The notes beneath the pieces are model-generated. The model was not told the DNA's origin. It was given only the letters and a program-made list of their open reading frames with translations, and did no database searches. Shown in pieces: positions 22,446 through 34,130 of a DNA stretch of 64,000 bases. Location: positions 1,054,001 to 1,118,000 of the forward strand of contig ML978121.1 in the NCBI GenBank assembly GCA_010015805.1, read 5' to 3'. Position 1 is the stretch's first letter. Every line of letters begins with the position of its first letter. Both the position numbers and the translations under genes were made by a program. Source of the stretch: Rhizodiscina lignyota (taxonomy: Eukaryota).

Positions 22446-25400
22446 ATGGAATCGTTGAGCGTTAGTGACGGAGGCCATGCTGGTCCATCGCGGCCCACAA
22501 ACCCGGAAATGGTGCCTGACCAAAGCCAGACTGAGCGCACTATAACTGAGCAAGGTATGTTAATGCTGTCACGTAATCGCAAAACCATATTGCTCACTTT
22601 TTACAAGATTTACGCAGCTTTCGACTCGGCAGCCTTACCGACGTTGAAACCATACGACGCTGTGCTGGAGACCCACGTGTGCAGAGAGCCGACATGTATA
22701 GTGCCCTGAACAATTATACTATTGCAAAAAAACTGGACGCCATTCTAATCATCATGGAATATATCGTGGGATATATGGGCAATGACATGATAGAGTCGGA
22801 TCTTTCTTTGTTCCTGCCCGTTGTTGCTCAGGGTGGAAATGTAGCTTTGGTCAAGTATCTCGCCGACAGGATTGCCGGCGTAGACATCTCTGAGTCTCTT
22901 CGTCTATCCTTATATCGCGCTGCTTCACATGGTCATCTGGAGGTCTTTCTTGAGCTTGTTAGCAGGGGCGCGGACCCTTATGCCAGAGATGAGGATGGGC
23001 TGACAGCTTTGGACGCTGCTGCTGCAACAGGCAACTGGGAAATCGTCCAATACTTTCTCGATGAAGGATTCGAAATCGACCCGAAAGGCTTTCAGGGAGA
23101 GCTACTGCATTTCGCAGCAAAAGCAGGCCACCTTGACATGGTTAAGAAGCTGCTTGAGCGAGGCGCGGACCTCAATGCTACAGATATCGATGGCCATAAC
23201 CCAATCGGGCTCGCCGCTACCAAAGGTCATTTACACATTGTGAAATATGTCTTCAACAGGATTGGAGCAGGTGACGGCTCAAGGTGGCACGCAGTTGCCC
23301 TGGACATCGCGCTCAGTCCGGCCTCATGGGAGAGCCAGGGGACGACGCTTCTGGAGAAACGTCGCACGGAGGTTATGAAGTTTTTGATTGATGAATGTGC
23401 TGTAGACATCAATTCTCGGGACATGAACGGGATGACCATCCTCCACCATGCTGCCAAATCCAGCCACAAGTATCTTGTGCATGCTTTGATCGAAATGAAC
23501 GCCAATCCTTTTATTCGAGACCAGTTGGGAAGGACAGCAAGGGACGCTGCAGATGCCGCAGAAGACACACTACCATTAATGATCATGGAAGGCTTCATTC
23601 GAAAACACTGCAAAAGCAGCTGGATATATCGGATAGGCTTTGAACACGCATTTGATCGAACAGCTCGTGTAGCGCTCACGAAAGTGACGGCGGGCGAGTT
23701 CTTCACAGACGAGATCGACTCCCTCTCCCTGACTGCCCGTGATGTCAAGAGTACACTTCAACAAGCGGTAAGACCCTTTTGGCTCCACCTCGAGAACAAT
23801 AATGTAAGTCGATCTGAAATCTGTCTATATACATTCTCACTCTTAATAGGGCCCTCTGTTTACCGTAAGCGCCTCTAATATTACGAATTGGATCTCACTA
23901 ACTCCGCAAGGCGACTATATGCCGAATTATCAGCCTCAAAGGATACAAGTGGTACAAAGAGTATCAGGCTGCGAATGAGGCCGCGGATGAGGCTGCGGAT
24001 GCTGGCGCGACTTTGGTTTCGGTTGCACTGGAGTTTCTTGCGCGCACATTCAACGAGGTGGAACAAGATGCATCAAGATCTCATTTAAAGTTCCGAGGGC
24101 CATCATATCGCACATTCACGATAGAGCTTGTTCCCGAAGATGATGAAAGCGACAATTCGGATTATGAAATGTATAACGAAGGGCTGAGGTCAGAGCAAAG
24201 GCGAAGCAATGACGAGAAAGGAGGCGAAAACTCCAATGAGGGAAAGCTTGGGCGTACACCGAAAAGCGATAGCAGCCAAGAATCCATTGCCCAAGAGACC
24301 CGCGACGAGGAGGCAACCTACCTGGAATCCATTCTAGAAGAAGCCGTGGAAGACCAAGTGGATGACGTGTCTGTACAAAATGGAGCGGAGAGTGACGAGG
24401 CTGTACAACACGAAAATAAAAAGGTGACGGTTGCGGATAATCCAGGTGGATCGGATCAAACCGAGGACAACCGAAGCGACGGCTTGGAAGAGGACAATGA
24501 AATACCCGAGAACGAAACTAGCCAGGGGAGGAATCAGGGAAACGAAGAGCCAGTCGAAGCTACACAGGCACAAGAGCAAGATCCTCAGATACCACGGACT
24601 GGACGCAGGCCACCGACATATATCAAGGTCGCAAGGAGGCATCTCGATATTGCCACATTGGAATATTACGGTCTCCCGTACGAGTTTGATTCCGTGGGCA
24701 TTCACCACTTCTTTTAACCCCGTTGCAGTGAATGTTGACTTTAAATAGCATGACGAAAGCTATATCATTATTCGTCGCGAATTGAGTACAGCTGAAACGG
24801 ATATTCTTTTTGAACACTCGCGTCGCCTTCGAAAAAAGCTAGAAGCTGAAAACACGGACGGTAATTTCTACCCCTTAGAGTGATAGTGAAGACGAGCAAT
24901 TTGATGTTGATATATAGGAATGCGTAAAACAATAGAGCCTGCTTATCCAACCGAGGATGAAAGAGTATTTGACATAAGGACATTTGTGGTAAGTACTTAG
25001 CGACTCCACAGCGCTGTACCGCTAACTCTTGAATCTAGATTCCTTACTTCGACTCGAGGCCAAAAGGTCGGTATCGGGACGATCCAAATGATCCAAATGG
25101 AGAAACCTTGTCTCAAGGACCTTGTCAGAAGAGTGAAAACCCAGAGATGGGCATTCACATCCCGCGCACATTGGACGAGTCCTATTATCTTGGTTTAGCC
25201 GTTGATCAACTTGAGTCTCGAAATACCGACCAAGTGCTTAGCCGGGAAGGACATAAGAGCTTGCTTATGGTTTCGGAGCTCTGGTGTTGGAAGGCAGACA
25301 ACGTTATTCTGACAGCTTTCCCTAACACTCGGAATGAGCGCGACTCAAAACATCTCTTGCTTGATTTCATACTATCGCAGACGGCTGATATTAGACGCAG

Positions 25401-26494
25401 TACGAAGCAGGATATAACCAGCGTGCAGCTTATGGCATGGATCATGTCCGAGTGCATCAACTTTCTTGATCGTCCTTGCATGGCCGGCTTACAAGAGACG
25501 ATCTTCCAGACGTTTGAAAAATCGATCGCGAACACTTCTGAGAGGGTTGAGGATTATATAAGTCAGGGGGGCAATGAAAACGACGGCATGAAGAGTTATA
25601 TGGAAAGGGAGTTTATTCACCATATAAGCGACATCCGCGACGAGCTTGTCATGATCGATAGTGTCATTGAGCAACAGCGGGAGGTCTGGGACGCTCTGTT
25701 CAAAGACTGTGGAACACTTATTGAGAGCAAAGACCCCAATCTACGGCAAATTCTCGAAAGGCCGAATGAACAGTTGCCTCTGTTCCAGCGTCGAGTACAG
25801 AGATTGCTACGAGATGCAGACCTCGTTGAAAGACGGATTCTCGTTCAACTGGATCTAAAGACGAAGCACGCATCTCTAAGGCAGTCAGAGGCTGCCTTAG
25901 AAGAGACACGTAATAGTACAACCCTCAACACCGCCGTCATTGGGTTTACAGTCATCACGGTTGTCTTTACGCCGCTATCGTTTTTCGCAAGTCTGTTTGC
26001 TCTTCCGATCGACCGATTCCAGCGAAGTCAAGTAGTCGAGGGAGGCTCAGCGGTGTACACCACCAGCTACATCGGCAGGTGGATGAGTGAGTTTCCGTCC
26101 CCTATTTCTTACAATCCGTACATGTCTAAACAGCACAGGCGTGGGTGAGATCGTATCTCTTGTGGTCACAGCAGCTACCGTCTTCATCGCCTTTTATCTG
26201 TTAAAATCTCGTGCGCCCAGACTGCGAGATGATGAGCGGCCACAAGCAGAATTGGAATTGAATCCGCCGGCACTTGAGGATAAGGACGAGCTCCTTTGGG
26301 GAGTCCCACGTGCGAGTAATGACAATCCTGGAGACTCGACGTCCAGAATAGAGCCTCGAAAAAGATTCTCCACATCACATGAGGAGGATGCAAATGGGAA
26401 TCGAGAGACATCAAGGCACCGGCATGCCCCGCGTGACATTTTTCATAATATGCTCAGAAGGGCGCCGAAGAAGACTGAAGACCCAGAGCGATGA
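22446..26494 (+). CDS. Ankyrin-repeat protein with C-terminal CorA-like helical/2-TM domain, 8 exons, ~1229 aa
   Basis: Exons 22446-22554, 22608-23803, 23850-23864, 23911-24693, 24749-24860, 24918-24988, 25039-26086, 26139-26494 (3690 nt, in frame). Ankyrin motifs GLTALDAAA, LLHFAAKAGH..GADLN and GMTILHHAA. Family motifs HIPRTLDESYY, RNTDQVL, LMVSELWCW, DIRDEL and FTVITVVFTPLSFFASLF. Confidence 0.85.
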
Positions 26495-26698
26495 CAGGAT
26501 CTGAAGCTCGGTCGGAGAGGATATTATTTTCTCTGAGCGCCATGTACAAGCCCGGAGTTGATGAATATGATACAATATTCCACTCCTCCAATCTAACTTA
26601 ATCACCTGTCCGTATCTATGCAACACGTCTCGCTTACTCTACTGGAGTATCTTGAGTGAAAGCGCGATCTACGAAAACACTTGCTTTTATGATTTCCA

Positions 26699-28114
26699 TC
26701 ACCGAGCAAGCGGCGGAATTATGTTATGCTCTGTCCAATTCCAGATCTGCGACGAATCATGGGCCTGCCAGGTTGCACCTGTCCACCAAGTGCTTCGCTT
26801 CCCCTGCAGACCATTGAGCGTCCGATAGAAACCCTTTCGTATCGCGTCGGGTGAGACTGTGAGCTCAAAAGGCCTGTGATCGTTGAAGCCTGCAAATTCG
26901 GGCGTCCCATTGGCGGGAGGAAAGCCGAACTCTTTTACCAACTTTGCGATCGTAGCCAATATATCGGACTTCACCTTGTCATTATCTATGGCATGTGGGC
27001 TGCTGTAGTAGGCAGTCTGAAGTCCCGGTATGATGGTCGGTCCGAAGCCATAGATCCCTGGCAACGGAGGAAGACCAAACGGTGCGTCCTTGTCAGCGTT
27101 GGTTATTGACGTATTATCTGGGATTCCGGAGTTCCGAATCACGGCGTCCCAGTAGTAGCTGTTGTTAAACTGACCTAGCAGATGGCGTTCTTCAGCATCG
27201 GTATCGAGGAAACTGAGGCTCGAGAGCTTCGGCTGAATTGCTATCAGGAGCTTCGAGGCCTTGACGAGTTTGCAGCCCTGTGGAGTTGAGAAGGCAACTA
27301 TGACACCACTGTCATGGCGCTCAATTCTGGAAACATTGGCGCTCACGAAGGCGCTAGATCCAAGCTTGAGCAGTGCCTTGTCGTAGATCTTATGGTTGTC
27401 ATTGTCGGCTGTCGTGACGAAGCCGTTGAGGAGGGTGTTCTCGACGGTTATCTTAGCGAAATATTTCATGATGTACAAGGTACGCTGGGCTAGCATGTTG
27501 CCGACGCCCTCGATCATTTCGAATCCTACGCTGGCGAGTGCGCCAAGCTGATGCTTCTTCAGGAAATCGCCCCAGGAGAGCAGAAAATCTTCTGGAATAG
27601 GGGAAGGGAGGTCGTATCCATTTGACAGGAAGGGGAACTGGTCCAAAATGCTGCCGTATTTGAGCAATGCCGCTGTCAAATTCCCTTTGGGAGCGAAAAC
27701 CGAAGGCGAAAGAACTTCTCCGGTTCGAAAGTTGGCAAATTTTGCGACGGGAGTGCTACCAGCCTCATCAAACGGCTTCATGTTTACTCCCAAGTGGTCG
27801 AAGTAGTTCTGGACAACGGAAATGTTATCAAATACTATCACGCCGTAGTCAAAGGTTTGTCCAGTGGCCGCATCTTTGAAAGTGTTAACATGGCCACCTA
27901 GGACGGGTTCCTTTTCGATCAACGCGACACTTTTGCCGAGCTGTTGTAGTCGGATTGCAGAATATGTCCCACTGGAACCGCCACCAATGATGCAGACATC
28001 GCGTGTAAGTATTTTCTCTTCATGGAATACTGATTCGTCGATGTTCCCCAATGCCGTAGAACAGATGGAGACAAGGAGAATCAACGAACGCAGCAACAAG
28101 CAATTGACGTTCAT
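26699..28114 (-). CDS. Secreted FAD-dependent oxidoreductase (flavin amine oxidase fold; beta-cyclopiazonate dehydrogenase CpaO-like)
   Basis: Intronless. Signal peptide from ATG 28114, DVCIIGGGSSGTYSA Rossmann motif, LGGHVNT, and LQGKRSTWWTGATWQAHDSSQIW. TATA-like element near 28175-28183. Confidence 0.85.
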   Translation of the reverse strand: MNVNCLLLRSLILLVSICSTALGNIDESVFHEEKILTRDVCIIGGGSSGTYSAIRLQQLGKSVALIEKEPVLGGHVNTFKDAATGQTFDYGVIVFDNISVVQNYFDHLGVNMKPFDEAGSTPVAKFANFRTGEVLSPSVFAPKGNLTAALLKYGSILDQFPFLSNGYDLPSPIPEDFLLSWGDFLKKHQLGALASVGFEMIEGVGNMLAQRTLYIMKYFAKITVENTLLNGFVTTADNDNHKIYDKALLKLGSSAFVSANVSRIERHDSGVIVAFSTPQGCKLVKASKLLIAIQPKLSSLSFLDTDAEERHLLGQFNNSYYWDAVIRNSGIPDNTSITNADKDAPFGLPPLPGIYGFGPTIIPGLQTAYYSSPHAIDNDKVKSDILATIAKLVKEFGFPPANGTPEFAGFNDHRPFELTVSPDAIRKGFYRTLNGLQGKRSTWWTGATWQAHDSSQIWNWTEHNIIPPLAR

Positions 28115-30343
28115 GGTAAGCCGGGATGTTTTCAAAGAGGGTCAGAATAAAATCGGACTGCCTACCACTCTACTATATTTATACAGACACACGACACTTT
28201 CAAATCCGTATTCGGCACGCTGCGGCGAGTCTTGTTCATTTCAGCTCGAAAGCGACGCGGTAGCAACTAGCCGCTTTCGATGACTCTAGCTGCACCTTGC
28301 TGCACTGCGTTAATGCTGAAGGAGCAAGTACCCGAAATTTCAAAATAGAGCAGAAAACATGAAAATTATTCCGAAAGCGTTGAATACGGGAGGAATGGCG
28401 GCTACGAGATAGCTAAAAGATTTGAAATATATATTCGGAAGGCTCCTATATTCAACGTCAACTTGTTAAAAATTTGAAATCTAAATCTCAAGGTTCCGAG
28501 GGTCTCTCGTTCGGGTTCGACAGGAATAGATGCAGATTGTGTCGGTCCAGAGACATGGAATCAGCCTGCAGTAGCGGAGCGGAGCCTTCGAAGTACCGCA
28601 TGAAGGCTCGGCGTCATCCTGGCCCGAGCAGCGAATAAGGAGCCCATGGAAAGCTGACATCAATTGAGCAAGAGAAATAGATGGATAGCAACGTGATAGA
28701 AGAATACAGAGTATGTCTGCTTTTGCAAGTAGATGGTGGCCTTGGACTGGTTGTGCTAGGCTATCGCTAAAGAAGGCTCTGGCAGATAGCTATAGGTCGG
28801 GATTTAACTTCTTGTAGATGGTGGATGTGGCTGGTCGGAGCATACAGCGCGCACGAAGTGGCGAATATCGTGGATTGATTGAAGCGAGAAATCTCTGAAG
28901 GAGAAGGAATGATAATAGACAAGTGCACGTGCTCGCGCTAGTGACGGGACGCTATGAGCACCTCCTGACATGGCTCAGGGAGGGACTGCATAATTCCTGC
29001 CATACTATATACCATCATATTTTTGTAAATTGAGAATCTTTCTGTTCGGTGTATTATATGTATATAGTGGTGAAGTAGGCCGAGAATGGAAACTAACTTG
29101 CTATATCTTAAGGCTAAAGCTCACGCTGGATTCACACTTTAAGGGAGTTTAGCAAGTCAGCTAGAAACCTATCACAAAAGCGACTTAAAAGTAAGACTTA
29201 TGTCCTTTTTAACCTTATAAAGTAGTATAAATACTTTATTTTCAATTCACCATATCCGCGAATCAGCCCAATGGCGCACTTTCACAAAAGACAGACTCCA
29301 AGAGAATTGCACGGAATATCGTGCGCACTCGTTGCAAAATCCGTCAACATATGCCATTGATAGTCCCCTGCACGTGCCGTCGTTCGATGGAGGCATTTCA
29401 GAAGAAAGAATCTTGAGGCGGAAGCTGCACAAACAGATTGGGCAAGGTGGAAACAATACGCCCAGGAGAAGCTCGCTAGAGTCATGGAATTCGGCAGACG
29501 AATCATAGCATTCATCTACGGTTTCGGTATCTACTATTCCTTCACATCCGATGCGCAAAATGGTATGCCTACGAGATATGGTTCATGTTTGGAGAACTGG
29601 GAATAGTTTCAGGTAACTTCCTCTCCTCTAGCAGCTGTATTACTTGCCACGGAAATTCTGGACTGAATCGACGATGAACGGCATAGGTGTGCTCAGGAGA
29701 GCGGGAAATGGGGCCGTAAGACATGCGCTGGTAGCATCTGCCCGCTTGAACGATGCGGCAATCGAGATGTTTAAAAGTGGATCGCGGATCGGGAACGTAG
29801 AACTCGCTGGAGACGTCGACGTCTCAGCGGAGATGTCGCAGAGAATCGAGCTAGCGATCTGCATGAGATGTTACACACCCTTGTGTCCACACTTTACATG
29901 CATTTCAGCGTCGATTCTTCTCTCCAAGCTGCCTCTATTCTCCCATCAAGCAACGTGGCATGGAAAGAATGGCAATATGCCCACTTTCGTGTGGAAGCAC
30001 AAAAATTTGTGTGATTTCGGTCGAGACAGCCACAATTGAGACCGTGCTTGTTCGACGTCGGGCGCTGAAGTCTTCTCTTGTCAAGTGGTGTCGGTTTTAT
30101 GATGATTGAGACATTGTCTTGAAAATAACGTTGCACGATGAGTCCAGATACTGTCAAAGCCACATCTTGTCTCTTGAAGAGAGGGTTGTACAAGCCATAT
30201 TCTGTAGCAGATGCGAAGGGTCCAGGCACTTGAGATGGCGAATTGATGCTTCTATAAATTCCGTTCGGCGCTCAGCATAGAAGTAAAATCCACCTCTTCC
30301 TCAACACGAAGACTTCCTCCAGTCTCTTATCTGCTCCACAATC

Positions 30344-30728
30344 ATGCTCCTTTCAAAGTCCCTCGTTGCTCTCATCTCGCTGCTGGCGTCAGTCCACTGC
30401 CTCCCCGTCCGTAAGTCCCTTTCACTCCTCGATTCAATTCGAGCAGCATTGATCGTAGAATTAGTCAACCGTCGAGATTCTGGCAACACCATCACAGGCG
30501 CATTGGCCGGCGCCGAACAGACTGGCCTCTCAGGCAATGGAGAACTCGCGGGTGAGCTATCAGGCGTAGAAACCACTGTCATAGACGAGACCGGCACTGT
30601 CGAGCAAGTAGTGCCAACGAGTGAGTCGTTTGCTGCTTCACATGAGGATTAGGTCCACCCTGCTAACATGCAGCTCAGAACGTGGTATTGAGCTCGAAGC
30701 TCCTAAGGTAACGCAGGGTACTGCGTGA
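30344..30728 (+). CDS. Small secreted protein, probable Kex2-processed precursor
   Basis: CTATAAAT at ~30252. Signal peptide MLLSKSLVALISLLASVHC. Introns 30411-30464 and 30621-30673/30678. The pro-region ends LNRR. The last exon is ambiguous (stop at 30711 or 30728). Confidence 0.7.
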
Positions 30729-30997
30729 GGGCAACTGGGCTGCGCTGTTAAGGAGCGCATGATAGGGTGACGAAGCGCAATGATGACGGGTAAGCGATGC
30801 AGCAATTTGAGTTGCTCCTCGCAATGCAACTCGTGGGAGGTTTTTGCAGTCTATCCGTGATCGCGACATTCGACAATTCAAAATGAAGCATAAGCGAAAG
30901 CTTTTCGTTTATCATTCCATTCGTTTGGCAAAAAGTGGTATTAGCAACTCAGAGTAACAGGCATCAGATCTCGTACATTTGCATTTGCGTCGTCCCT

Positions 30998-32990
30998 TCA
31001 TTGACCATTGAGTACACTAGCAAGCGCTCCCAAGACTCCCTTCATGTCTCTGACTCCTTCGCCCTCAATGCCCCTCTCTGCTGCTGCTTGAGCCTGTGTC
31101 TCCCTGCTCCTTCGCTCTAGACTTTGTGCCGAGGAAGCAAGAATTCGATCCGCCACGCGCTCAGCTGCGACACGGTACTGTGAGATTTTGTGCACGCCAT
31201 CGGCGAACAGGTCAACGGCCGGCTCTATCTTAGCCGTGAGCGAAGAGAGGTGGTTTGAGAGTGATTGTGCTGTGGATGATGATTCTGAGGCCGCTGTAGG
31301 ATGGGTGCTGGGTTTAGAAAGCGTAGTCGGTTGGGTTAGTGAAGCGAATATTGAGGCCTGTGAGGGGTCGAGAAGTGCCACGTCGATTCCTTGTGATGTT
31401 TCCGTTTCTAGAGGATGAGGTCGTAACTTTGGTCTTCGCTCTCCATCTAACGCAACGGTTTGAGAGCTGTGGGGTGTCGTTGCTGATGGAGCTGGTAATG
31501 AAGACGCAGAAGAAGATTCCAGTAAAGCCTCCCATGAATCTCGCTCCTCTTGCAACCTGCACGACTATCAGCTTCGTCATTCGATACTATATAGTGCTTG
31601 GCCAAAATACCTTCTAATGTCTTCTTCCAGCTCCTGCAATTTCGACGCCATTTGCGCATTTCTTGGATTTGGCCGTTTGACCAACACTGCAGGTTCCAGT
31701 TCTTCTCTTGTGAACCAATCAGACATTTCTGGTCTGTTCGCAATGTCTTTCAAGATCTCTTCCTCGATATGACGGGCTGGCTTTGCATCAGTCGGAGTGC
31801 AAAGCGGGCTCAGGGAGAATTTACCTGCAAGTGCCGCACCTCCATCTGTGCCATCACCAGATTGCTTCTCTGGCAGAGCCCTTTTGGCACACCAAGTGAG
31901 CAGTTGTTTCATCCGGCGTGGTTCCGGTATACTCTGCTCGATATGTTTGTAGAAATCTCGAGGCTCGACATCGGCATGCGGGACGGCTGTAACGACAAAG
32001 ATAACCGAGTTAGCTTCCAATTCTTCTGATATGACCGAACGAAAAGGAATCGGCATTGGCGCTGGTGAACTCTTCACTGCGCGATCGGTCGCAGCATCTA
32101 AGATATCGAACTGAATGTCAATGTTAAGGATGTCGACGAGATTTGCCTACCATGCGAAGTGCCACTCTCAATCAGAGAGCTTGCCCGTCTGCCACGCATG
32201 CCGGTGCTGCTTCTCCTGTGTCCTTCGTCGCTGTTTTTCTTCCGCATCTCTTTATTTCGCCGAATTACAGGCGTATCAGCGAAAGGCAGAGCAATCTTTT
32301 TCGGTGTCCGGCCCTTTGCAACCTCCACTTCACTATTAACCTGCGGAACTATTTCCTCCTGTGCCTTCGGCGCAGGGACGCTGACTTCCGGAGCGGTTAC
32401 TTGATTGACACTTTTTGGCTCTGGCTCTGGCTCTGGCAAAGGACTCCGGACCGGCTCCTTCTCACCACTCAGACGCGCAGACCGTCGCACTCTTTTCGAC
32501 GCGTCATTGTCTTTCTTCGCAGATTCGGAAAACGAGTACTTCTTTCGCCTTCGCTTTGGTGTCGTAACGCGTGCTTCTACTGGAGCTGGCTCGGGCTCTG
32601 GATGTGGTGCAGTTGTTTTGGTTTGCGTCTTCTTCGCTCGTGATCGTGAAAACTGAAAACCATCGTCGTTCTCATCGTATGCTGCGTTGACGTAAGAAGT
32701 GAGTTCCGCACGCGCCGGCTTCGAATGGGTTTTGGTTCGAGAACGCGCCAATTTTGCAATAGACTGGAAGGAACTGAAGTCTACTCACATGGCCTTGCCT
32801 TCTTGCTGCGCTCTCCATTTACTTTGCCGTGGGCGTGCTCCACCCCATCAACTTTAACCTTCTTAGACGTGGTATGCGGCGCCTCGTTCTCGTCGTCGAA
32901 TGCATGATACGCGGTCCTTCTACGCGTCGCCCTCTGCGTCGAAGCCATTTCCAATGTTTGCAAAGGCGACCGCGTCATTACTAAAGTCAT
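30998..32990 (-). CDS. DSN1: Kinetochore Mis12-complex subunit Dsn1/Mis13
   Basis: YDENDDGFQFSR, IALPFADTPVIRRNKEMR, RRSSTGMRGRRASSLI and VPHADV..DFYKHIEQSIPEPRRMKQLLTWC, plus C-terminal IEPAVDLFADGVHKISQY. Multi-exon; not all junctions resolved. Confidence 0.85.
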
Positions 32991-34130
32991 GAGCGGTGCG
33001 TCTGGAGATGGTCCAGAGCGTGGGTCGACAAGGTCGCGCTGTGGCGGCGCGCGCTTTCGATACGAGCTGAAGCGCGCTAACAGCACTCTTGGACTGATGT
33101 TTCTCGAAGCGATTGGGCGTGTTATTAAGGATATCGAAGGTCGTCGTTTTTCATACTCGTTCGCGTACGGTTGACAACTTAGCTTTGGGCTGAAGAACAA
33201 CAAACAGGGATATGGCGGCACAGATGTCATGTGATGAGGCTCTTCGGATGCGGCATAGGGCACTAATCCATTTTCGGAAAGGTCAAATGTCAACCGCCGA
33301 AGTCCACTTGCTCGCGAAACTTATATGAAAATGGATCAACGCGTGCAGTGAACGACAGACAGTCGGCTGATTACATAGCAGGAGTTTTAATATGCATATA
33401 AATCCGTAGGGTACCCTATATGTCCATATTTCATCTCTCAGATCGTATCATGGTTGTATCTGATTCTCTTCGTCTCCTTTCTATTTATGCCCACATTTCA
33501 ATCATTCAACGTTGTGAAATTAAGGACATTCTGTTGCATCAGTCACCAATGAACATCGGCATTGCTGGTAGAAGGACCTCAGGGAGAGCTGGAGGCCCCA
33601 ACACTCGCCGTACCTCTACTATCAGGCTGACCTTGTACTCACAGTAGCGTTGGTCATCTTCATTAAAAATGATGCACCTTTCTCGATCGAGCCATCATTC
33701 AAACGCGCCAAATTTCAGCCGTAGCGTTCAGCTGGCCTCCACATACTTTACCATCATGGCAGTAAGCAACGAAGAGCTGGCTCTTCGTGTAACTTGATTG
33801 TATTTGTTGGCATTGACGGTCTGATTCTTCAACGCCACGGGCATATCCTGCACAGCCTTACAAAGGTCCATTTGCTCAAGGGGAAATGACAAGTAATGAA
33901 GATGACTTTGTTGCGCGTTCATAACAAGCTACAGTTGCATGATCACACCCGTTGTTCGATTTACCACGCATACAACGGACAGTCTACAGAGTGTTTGCTT
34001 AAGTGATGTCGATCGCATATAATGTATGCCGCTTATCGTCTTTTACTCATAAACCTTGCAAGAAGCTCAGTCAGATCTCATTCGTCCAAATTGTAACAAT
34101 TCAGCGTCTCTCCAACGTGACACGCATAGA

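Noticed and set aside
19218..28114. Terpenoid/indole-diterpene cluster (GGPPS + FAD oxidoreductase)
   Set aside because: The GGPPS looks like the primary-metabolism type next to cdc14 and TKL1. No cyclase, prenyltransferase or P450 is in the window.
28990..29250. Second AT-rich patch as a possible NUMT or RIP-mutated transposon
   Set aside because: No recognisable mitochondrial or transposase reading frame by eye.
29250..30040. Protein-like fragments (e.g. EAEAAQTDWARWKQYAQEKLARVMEFGRRIIAFIYGFG)
   Set aside because: No consistent start or splice model and no recognisable family; may be gene debris.
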